This document shows positions 6,369-11,918 of a DNA stretch of 11,918 bases, piece by piece. Made by a program: the position numbers and the translations under genes. Position 1 is the first letter of the stretch. Every line of letters begins with the position of its first letter. The notes beneath the pieces were generated by a model. That model saw only the letters and a program-made list of their open reading frames with translations, searched no databases and was not told the origin of the DNA. Source of the stretch: Patescibacteria group bacterium (GTDB taxonomy: Bacteria; Patescibacteriota; Minisyncoccia; UBA6257; 2-01-FULL-56-20); contig JBBTYR010000033.1 of assembly GCA_038078595.1 (NCBI GenBank), positions 1 to 11,918 on the forward strand. Reading direction: 5' to 3'.

Positions 6369-6794
6369 TTACGTTTCTTTTCGGACGAAATCCTTAATCG
6401 TCCCATCTGCCACCCTGTATTCATCCGTCAGAAACTCTTCTTTGGTCACCCATCGGTATTTAGTGATTTTTCCACCATCCGGGTTCTTTGTGATATCAAT
6501 CTCACCCGAAGAAATCTCGCAAAGGTAGGTTACACAACAAACCCAACGCTTACTGTTTGTTCCCACCGCCCAGTAGTATCCCATCGGACGAATTATTTTT
6601 ATCTTGCAGGCGATCTCTTCGAGCACTTCTCTGTTTAGAGTTTCCTCCGGTGACTCTCCCGGTTCCACCCTGCCTCCTGGGAATGTCCAGATAGAGCCAA
6701 TCGAAGACTTCTGTTCTAGTATTAAAAATTTTTCGCCATCGATAACTAAACCCTTTACCGAAATCCGATAATCTTCCACGACTCCTCCTTTCAA
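6369..6794 (-). CDS. NUDIX hydrolase
   Basis: The Nudix box is GGRVEPGESPEETLNREVLEEIAC (GX5EX7REUXEEXGU). The ORF track gives a TTG start. A GTG five codons downstream sits just after AAAGGAGGAG and is the more likely start, giving about 136 aa. Confidence 0.8.
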   Translation of the reverse strand: MKGGVVEDYRISVKGLVIDGEKFLILEQKSSIGSIWTFPGGRVEPGESPEETLNREVLEEIACKIKIIRPMGYYWAVGTNSKRWVCCVTYLCEISSGEIDITKNPDGGKITKYRWVTKEEFLTDEYRVADGTIKDFVRKET

Positions 6795-6816
6795 GTTACC
6801 TAATTAGTCTAGTTTA

Positions 6817-6845
6817 TAAGTATCACCGATAAAGCCGGTGGTCAA
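6817..6845 (-). promoter_or_regulatory. candidate promoter for the NUDIX gene (minus strand TTGACC-N17-TACTTA)
   Basis: The reverse complement of 6840-6845 is TTGACC, followed by a 17-nt spacer and TACTTA. Confidence 0.35.
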
Positions 6846-6858
6846 TCTTATAAAACAA

Positions 6859-6888
6859 AACCGCCAATATTATCGAGGCGGTTTTTTA
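6859..6888 (-). terminator. rho-independent terminator for the minus-strand gene 6897-7322
   Basis: AACCGCC-(11-nt loop)-GGCGGTT forms a 7-bp stem with T/A runs on both sides. It lies directly downstream (minus sense) of the stop at 6897. Confidence 0.65.
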
Positions 6889-6896
6889 GTCCCAAA

Positions 6897-7322
6897 TTAA
6901 TTTACAATTCGCATGAGTCGAGCACGACCTCCCCATTTCCGGTCCAGCCACCTGAAGCCGACATACCAGTCCTTACCATTCCAGCTTAGGCTAAGAACCC
7001 TTCGGTCGCCGGCTTTATCCTTGCCCACGGTCCCCGTGAAGACCAGACAGAAGGCTCGCCAGCTTGGATCGATCTTGTCCCGATTGTCGAAAAGAGTCCT
7101 GGCCAACTTCTTTCCGTGGGGTGTTCCGAGATCAGCTGCGCGAACCTCAAGCTTTTCCCCATTGATGCAATCCTCCCCGGTTTTCAAAAATGGGATTGCC
7201 TCGAGGGTGAAGTTTTTGCCATCTTGAAGCGAGGTGTCTTCAGTATCTCTCGCTACTTCCCAGCTTGGATCCAGGAGCTCTTGACCAGAACTGTCAGAAA
7301 CAAGAACACTCATTGTCGACAC
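6897..7322 (-). CDS. hypothetical protein (141 aa)
   Basis: The ORF is clean and bounded by its own promoter and terminator. The AAAGGAGGAGTAGTG leader suggests a possible GTG start 3 codons upstream of the ATG. No motif was recognised (…LSLSWNGKDWYVGFRWLDRKWGG…). Confidence 0.55.
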   Translation of the reverse strand: MSTMSVLVSDSSGQELLDPSWEVARDTEDTSLQDGKNFTLEAIPFLKTGEDCINGEKLEVRAADLGTPHGKKLARTLFDNRDKIDPSWRAFCLVFTGTVGKDKAGDRRVLSLSWNGKDWYVGFRWLDRKWGGRARLMRIVN

Positions 7323-7358
7323 TACTCCTCCTTTGTTAAGTTACTGTTTATCGGATGC

Positions 7359-7386
7359 ATACTAATATTTTTAAAGATTTTTGTCA
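7359..7386 (-). promoter_or_regulatory. strong minus-strand promoter (TTGACA-N16-TAGTAT) for the 6897-7322 gene
   Basis: The reverse complement of 7381-7386 is TTGACA, and the reverse complement of 7359-7364 is TAGTAT. Confidence 0.55.
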
Positions 7387-7439
7387 ATCACACTCACTAG
7401 TTAGCCTTTCAAATACTTTTGGCATAGCATTATTAAATC

Positions 7440-8906
7440 ATGTCCTTAGAAAAACATTTCGTCCAATTTCGAAAAAATACCGTTGGTTATAACCAACGCT
7501 TCGAATCACCATACGGCAAGAAAAAACTTATCTACGCCGACTGGACGGCGAGCGGGCGATTATACAATCCCATTGAAAAAATAATCTCGAAGAAAATCGG
7601 CCCTTTTATAGGCAATACCCACACCGAGGTCACGGTCACTGGGACCGCCATGACTAGAAGCTATCACGAGGCTCAAAAAATTATTAAACATCATGTTAAT
7701 GCGAGCGAGAGTGACGTTTTAATTGCGGCTGGTTCCGGTATGACCGGTGCCGTAAATAAACTCCAAAGAATTTTAGGTTTAAAACTCCCGGAAAAACTGG
7801 CTAAATACACACGCATTCCCGTCGCCCTCCGTCCTGTGGTTTTTATCACCCACATGGAGCACCACTCTAATCAAACTTCGTGGCTAGAAACCATTTGCGA
7901 CGTAGAGATTATTCCACCTGGGCGCGATGGTTTAGTGAGTTTAGATAATTTCAAACAACTTCTTAAAAAACATAAAAACCGAAAACGGAAAATCGCCGCC
8001 GTCACTGCCGCTTCAAACGTAACCGGCATCGAGCCTCCAGTTCACAAAATCGCCAAGCTCATTCACCGAAGTGGAGGGCTCTGTTTCGTTGACTATGCCT
8101 GCGCCGCGCCCTACGCGAAAATCAATATGCACCCGTGCGACCCGCAGGAAAAGTTGGACGCCATATATTTCTCGCCCCACAAATTTCTTGGCGGCCCGGG
8201 AACCCCCGGTATTCTGATCTTTGACTCAAAACTCTACTCAAACAAAGTCCCCGATCATCCTGGTGGCGGCACTGTCCTCTGGACTAACCCATGGCAAGAG
8301 CATCAATATCTCCCGGACATCGAAGCCCGAGAAGATGGCGGCACTCCGCCCTTCTTAGGCACCATTAAAACTGCTCTTGCGATTAAACTCAAGGAAAAAA
8401 TGGGTGTACAAAATATTTTAGCTCGGGAAAAAGAAATTTTACAAACCCTTTTCCTCGCCATGAAGAAAACAAGAAATCTCCATATTCTAGCGGGGGAGCA
8501 TGTCGATCGCCTTGGCGTGATTTCTTTCAATATTGAAGGGCTTCACTACAACTTAGTTTCAAAATTGTTAAACGACCACTTTGGCATCCAAACAAGAGGT
8601 GGTTGCGCCTGCGCTGGCACTTACGGCCACTATCTTCTAGGAATTAGTCGTGAGGCCTCCCGAAAAATTACCCGCCGACTCCGCCATGACGATCAGTCTT
8701 TGCGACCCGGTTTTGTTCGTCTTTCTATCAACCCCACAATGTCAAATCAAGAAATCTCATTCATTGCGCAAGCGCTCAAAGAAATCGCCGAAGATGGTAG
8801 AGCCTGGTCCGACGATTATAGGTACAACGCAAAAACCAATGAGTTTACCGCCCGCAAATTGAGAAGCCCGGGGCCGATAGACACGGACAAAATTTTTAGC
8901 CTCTAA
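7440..8906 (+). CDS. class V aminotransferase-fold PLP-dependent enzyme (cysteine desulfurase/selenocysteine lyase-like)
   Basis: 488 aa. It has the PLP-lysine motif FSPHKFLGGPGTPGILIFD (SxHK…GP.G.G), HMEHHSNQTSW, and a C-terminal RGGCACAG active-site-Cys-like segment. There is no obvious SD upstream. The start codon is uncertain and the transcript may be leaderless. Confidence 0.75.
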   Translation: MSLEKHFVQFRKNTVGYNQRFESPYGKKKLIYADWTASGRLYNPIEKIISKKIGPFIGNTHTEVTVTGTAMTRSYHEAQKIIKHHVNASESDVLIAAGSGMTGAVNKLQRILGLKLPEKLAKYTRIPVALRPVVFITHMEHHSNQTSWLETICDVEIIPPGRDGLVSLDNFKQLLKKHKNRKRKIAAVTAASNVTGIEPPVHKIAKLIHRSGGLCFVDYACAAPYAKINMHPCDPQEKLDAIYFSPHKFLGGPGTPGILIFDSKLYSNKVPDHPGGGTVLWTNPWQEHQYLPDIEAREDGGTPPFLGTIKTALAIKLKEKMGVQNILAREKEILQTLFLAMKKTRNLHILAGEHVDRLGVISFNIEGLHYNLVSKLLNDHFGIQTRGGCACAGTYGHYLLGISREASRKITRRLRHDDQSLRPGFVRLSINPTMSNQEISFIAQALKEIAEDGRAWSDDYRYNAKTNEFTARKLRSPGPIDTDKIFSL

Positions 8907-8975
8907 CTTTGACTCTCGCGGAAATTTTGCCTACTATTTCTCTAGTCACTTAAACGCTAAAAAAAGGAGGTCTTC

Positions 8976-9815
8976 GTGAAACAGGGTAGTGGGCAGAAGT
9001 TAGCTGAAGGGAAGACAAAGATCATTTGGGCCAACCCTAGTTCCAAAACCGAAGTTCTGATTGAGAGCAAAGACGATATTACTGCCGGTGATGGCGCGCG
9101 AAGGGATCTCATCGTAAGCAAGGGCGCTCTTTCAACTACTGTCACCTGCAACGTCTTTCGACTCCTAGGATCTAAAAACGTCCCCAACCACTTTCTTCAT
9201 CGTGTCGGTTCGACAACTTTCGCCGCCCAGCGAGTTCAGATGATTCCTATTGAAATAGTCACTCGTCGCATTGCGACCGGCTCCTATTTAAAGAGGAATC
9301 CGGAAATTCCAGAAGGGACGCGTTTCAATAATCTTGTCATCGAGTTTTTCTTGAAAGACGACGCCAATCACGATCCCATGATTTTTTGGGATCAGGATAA
9401 ATCCGAATACCAACTCTTTGACCCTCGTCAGTCCCTATCCGTCGGTCCCACCAGGGTTTTGCCCGAACTATTTGATAGCCCCCCCATCTTCCCGGCTGAT
9501 TTTGACGAGATGGGTTTTCTCGCTAGAACCTGCTTTGTTGCCATCGAAGAGGTCTGGGAGAATCAGGGAGTCACTCTTGTTGATCTGAAAATTGAGTGTG
9601 GCCTTGGTTGCCAACCACCCTATAGCAACCATATCATTGTGGCCGATGTCATAGATAACGACTCGTGGCGCATCTGGCCCCAGGGCGACAAGGCCCAAAT
9701 GAAAGACAAGCAAGTCTATCGTAACTTGGGCGACATCACCCCAGAAGCCCTAGTCGCCATTCGCGATAACTATCGATGGGTAGCGGACGCAACGGAAAAA
9801 TTCCTACCAGTTTAA
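8976..9815 (+). CDS. purC: phosphoribosylaminoimidazole-succinocarboxamide (SAICAR) synthase
   Basis: 279 aa from GTG after AAGGAGG. It aligns to E. coli PurC at GKTKIIW/GKAKTVY, TAGDGAR/SAGDGAR, MIPIEIVTRRIATGSYLKR/MVPVECVVRNRAAGSLVKR, DANHDPMI/DAMHDPMV, LVDLKIECG/LVDFKLEFG and RIW/RLW. Confidence 0.9.
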   Translation: MKQGSGQKLAEGKTKIIWANPSSKTEVLIESKDDITAGDGARRDLIVSKGALSTTVTCNVFRLLGSKNVPNHFLHRVGSTTFAAQRVQMIPIEIVTRRIATGSYLKRNPEIPEGTRFNNLVIEFFLKDDANHDPMIFWDQDKSEYQLFDPRQSLSVGPTRVLPELFDSPPIFPADFDEMGFLARTCFVAIEEVWENQGVTLVDLKIECGLGCQPPYSNHIIVADVIDNDSWRIWPQGDKAQMKDKQVYRNLGDITPEALVAIRDNYRWVADATEKFLPV

Positions 9816-9821
9816 ACAAAA

Positions 9822-9853
9822 AACCTTCGGTTAAGAACCGAAGGTTTTATTTT
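9822..9853 (+). terminator. rho-independent terminator after purC
   Basis: aaccttcggtt-aag-aaccgaaggtt forms a perfect 11-bp stem and is followed by ttttatttt. Confidence 0.8.
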
Positions 9854-10091
9854 GAAAAACAATCAACTTCCACTATTCCAGAAAACACCCCATTACCACT
9901 CATTTGCTTTGGAAAGCCGGATGGTAATAGTTATCCACATTCCCCCCCCACCCCCTTTGATAAAATTAAAGGTAGGAAAACTCCACCTTCATTTTCCAAG
10001 CAATTTGGACTTTCGGGTCTTTAGTAATGAAGGCAAAGGTCGTTACGCCTAAAACTCAGTTTTCGATAGCCTTAGGCGTTTATCAAAAAAT

Positions 10092-10778
10092 ATGGTTATT
10101 CAGGACTTATCAGCAGTTATAGTTGGATCGCTCCAGAACCTTTGGTTAGGATTTTCAGGTTTCCTACCAAACTTAATTGGCGCTCTTGTCATTCTGATCA
10201 TCGGTCTCATCTTCGCCGCTTTTTTTGGCACCTTGATCGAAAAGATCTTTATGGCTATCCGACTCGATACCTTCTTGGGCAAACTTGAGATCGCCCCCTA
10301 TTTTGAAAGGGGAGGATTAAAGCTTAGAGGCGCCAGATTCTTGGGTCAGTTAACGTATTGGTTTATTTTAATTGGCTTTTTGCTCGCCGCCTCCGATCAG
10401 CTTAATCTCTTTGCCTTTTCTAGCTTCCTCGGTCAGGTTGTTTTCTACATCCCGAACGTTATCGTTGCGGTCTTAATCATGCTAGCCGCCGCGTTCCTTG
10501 GAAACTTCCTTAGGGGAGTGGTTAAAGCATCCGTTAAGGGCGCCCGAATGCATAGCGCCAATTTTCTTGGCTCATTGACCTGGTGGTCGGTTGTTGTCTT
10601 TGGCTTCTTGGCTTCGTTGGTTCAGCTAAACATCGCGCCAAGCATCATCAACACCGTCATCACCGGTTTCATCGCCATGCTGGCGCTCGCCGGAGGCCTA
10701 GCCTTTGGCCTGGGAGGGAGGGACTATGCGGCCCATCTTATCAGTAGGCTTCGCGAAAACACCGAAACCAAGATGTAG
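10092..10778 (+). CDS. membrane protein built from three 'conserved TM helix' repeats (MscS-associated TM_helix family)
   Basis: 228 aa. It contains three repeats of the pattern LPNLIGALVILIIGLIFAAFFGTLIEKIF…, IPNVIVAVLIMLAAAFLGNFLRGVV… and APSIINTVITGFIAMLALAGGLAFGLGG…. These match the conserved TM-helix repeat found in small mechanosensitive-channel-like proteins. There is no SD and the start is uncertain. Confidence 0.65.
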   Translation: MVIQDLSAVIVGSLQNLWLGFSGFLPNLIGALVILIIGLIFAAFFGTLIEKIFMAIRLDTFLGKLEIAPYFERGGLKLRGARFLGQLTYWFILIGFLLAASDQLNLFAFSSFLGQVVFYIPNVIVAVLIMLAAAFLGNFLRGVVKASVKGARMHSANFLGSLTWWSVVVFGFLASLVQLNIAPSIINTVITGFIAMLALAGGLAFGLGGRDYAAHLISRLRENTETKM

Positions 10779-10847
10779 CTTGGAGTTCTAAGATATTCAC
10801 AGTTTTACTATAGGATCGACATTGTTTCTGCTACAATTACATTACAG

Positions 10848-10876
10848 AAATTAAGAGCCGTTGGTTGTGAGGACCG
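10848..10876 (+). terminator. weak terminator-like hairpin plus T5 after the membrane protein gene
   Basis: gccg…cggc forms a short stem followed by ttttt. The stem is poor. Confidence 0.3.
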
Positions 10877-10950
10877 GCGGTTTTTAATTTGCCCTGAAAA
10901 TCCTAGATGGAATAAAACCGAGTCTGAATAGGGCGTTAACCATCTCAAAT

Positions 10951-10989
10951 TTTTGGATTAAAAAAACTGCCATCGTGATGATTCACAAA
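10951..10989 (-). terminator. rho-independent terminator for the minus-strand small gene
   Basis: On the minus strand the sequence is AAACTGUCAU-(loop)-AUGGCAGUUU followed by U7. One pair is G·U on the minus transcript. Confidence 0.65.
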
Positions 10990-11024
10990 TGACAGTTTCC
11001 GACCAATTACCTAATATGAAGCCG

Positions 11025-11243
11025 TTAGACCAGCTTGATGACTTTGGTATCATCAACGAAGCTAGTGAACGATCCAATATCTAGGTAGGTAGCATTGATA
11101 TCAGCGTTCGTAAGTTCGACTTTCGAACCCGGAGCGATTTTCAGAAGTATTCTTACGTGCCTACCTCTCGTTGCTTCTCCGTTAACCGCCGAGACCAATA
11201 TGAATTTGTCTCCCGGTTTCAAGTCGTTGAAAAGAAGGTACAT
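11025..11243 (-). CDS. small hypothetical protein (72 aa)
   Basis: The start is reassigned to the ATG at 11243, which has a strong SD (GGAAGGAGA, 7-nt spacing). The promoter at 11292-11320 lies inside the longer 109-aa ORF-track call, so that call cannot be correct. Sequence: MYLLFNDLKPGDKFILVSAVNGEATRGRHVRILLKIAPGSKVELTNADINATYLDIGSF…. It may be a small beta-barrel or swapped-hairpin-like protein. Confidence 0.5.
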   Translation of the reverse strand: MYLLFNDLKPGDKFILVSAVNGEATRGRHVRILLKIAPGSKVELTNADINATYLDIGSFTSFVDDTKVIKLV

Positions 11244-11291
11244 ACAAAGTCTCCTTCCGGTTGAAATTAGTCGATCACAGTTTCTAATAGG

Positions 11292-11320
11292 TTTATACAT
11301 TTTGACCACAAAAGAGTCAA
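11292..11320 (-). promoter_or_regulatory. near-consensus minus-strand promoter (TTGACT-N17-TATAAA)
   Basis: The reverse complement of 11315-11320 is TTGACT, followed by a 17-nt spacer, and the reverse complement of 11292-11297 is TATAAA. It drives the 72-aa gene. Confidence 0.55.
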
Positions 11321-11520
11321 GAATCCAAAAATTTGAGATGGTTAGGCAGTGCAAGATAGACCCCCTCGTTTACTTCAGGAGCGAGTATTCTACTTTGGAG
11401 AGGCTATCGGAGGCTGGTTTAGCTTGGTTCCTGTAGGGATAAACCAGCCGAGATGCAGGTGCGACAAAACCGCCGGAGTTTTGGCGACACCGGCTCTCCA
11501 AAGTAAAATACGAGCGACCC

Positions 11521-11548
11521 TTGACAGGTTTTTTCCATCCCCTATAAT
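11521..11548 (+). promoter_or_regulatory. near-perfect sigma70 promoter (TTGACA-N16-TATAAT)
   Basis: TTGACA at 11521-11526, a 16-nt spacer, and TATAAT at 11543-11548. The predicted TSS is near 11551-11556. Confidence 0.65.
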
Positions 11549-11550
11549 GA

Positions 11551-11644
11551 ACTCCGGAATGATGAATGTACTAAATCTTGCACGGCAAAGCGGCTAAAGC
11601 GCCTTTTTCGGTGTGAGTAGTGGCCGCCAGAAAGCGGCTTTTTT
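11551..11644 (+). ncRNA. candidate small RNA (~95 nt) bounded by a consensus promoter and an intrinsic terminator
   Basis: No credible ORF is present, only a 12-codon MMNVLNLARQSG with no SD. An internal GC-rich hairpin region (aaagcggctaaagcgcc + T5) is followed by the terminator GCCGC-cagaaa-GCGGC-T6 at 11623-11644. Confidence 0.4.
11623..11644 (+). terminator. strong rho-independent terminator (GCCGC-N6-GCGGC-T6)
   Basis: The 5-bp GC stem and T6 run are read directly from the sequence. Confidence 0.7.
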
Positions 11645-11882
11645 AGTCTTAAGTCACTCCGAGATTTTTGATAATAGAATAAGAAACTTCACATCAGGTA
11701 CGCATTCCTGATGGGTGAAGCATCGTGTCGCGGAGCGACACTCAAGTGGAAAATGCAAATCTCAAAATGCAAAATTTATGAAGTTATGACGCAAGTCATA
11801 ACCACCAGAATTTTTAACTTTGATTTTTAAATTTTAAATTTGAGCGACGTGAAACGGCGCGATTAAAAGTCAGTATTGGGAT

Positions 11883-11918
11883 GGTTGGTATAAGGGCAAA
11901 TGGTGGATGCCTTGACTA
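11883..11918 (+). rRNA. rrl: 5' end of 23S rRNA (partial, continues beyond the window)
   Basis: GGTTGGTATAAGGGCAAATGGTGGATGCCTTGACTA matches the conserved 23S 5' terminus (GGTTAAG…NNNGGTGGATGCCTTGGC). The upstream 230 nt is non-coding with several stable hairpins, as expected for a pre-rRNA leader. Confidence 0.55.

Noticed and set aside
9911-9990. Fluoride (crcB) riboswitch in the membrane-protein leader
   Set aside because: CCGGATGG loosely resembles the GGCGAUGG start of the motif, but the downstream AACCGCC / CUGAUGA elements are not present.
11349-11597. 82-aa + ORF and 113-aa + ORF (11095-11436)
   Set aside because: They span two divergent promoters and the sRNA candidate (or are antisense to the 72-aa gene). 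They have no RBS and low-complexity or odd composition. Only the last 12 codons fall inside the promoter-defined transcript.
11551-11644. Possible SRP (4.5S) RNA identity for the candidate sRNA
   Set aside because: Only a short UCCGGAAUGA resemblance to the helix-8 region was found. The conserved AGCAGCC…GGCAGA symmetric-loop partners are absent. It cannot be supported without a covariance-model search.

Overview
The window looks like a compact bacterial chromosome segment, possibly from a Patescibacteria/CPR-like genome. That guess rests on a CxxC-x17-CxxC zinc-ribbon protein with a Gly/Arg-rich N-terminus, frequent GTG/TTG starts, strong AGGAGG Shine-Dalgarno sequences, leaderless transcripts, and a 23S rRNA 5' end with no 16S gene upstream. 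The first 4.9 kb is a tightly packed operon on the + strand. Its genes are an 83-aa ORF, a membrane-anchored divergent beta-carbonic-anhydrase (β-CA)-like paralog, an NfeD-like OB-fold membrane protein with a His/Asp-rich insert, a long FloT-type flotillin (SPFH domain), and a canonical β-CA-like protein with a His/Glu/Pro-rich N-terminal extension. Three of these genes are preceded by an identical 15-mer, AGAGAAAGGAGCAAG. A strong terminator and a tRNA-Ala(UGC) gene follow. Downstream lie a probable gene fragment, polyphosphate kinase 2 (behind a consensus promoter with tandem 15-bp repeats), a convergent NUDIX hydrolase, a hypothetical protein, a class-V PLP aminotransferase/cysteine-desulfurase-like enzyme, a lone purC, a membrane protein made of three 'conserved TM helix' repeats with a long structured leader containing a C8AC5 tract, and a small 72-aa protein. 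The window ends with a near-consensus promoter driving a ~95-nt terminator-bounded candidate sRNA, then a structured leader and the first ~35 nt of a 23S rRNA. The most unusual element is the operon that places two β-CA-family paralogs around an NfeD-flotillin membrane-microdomain pair.
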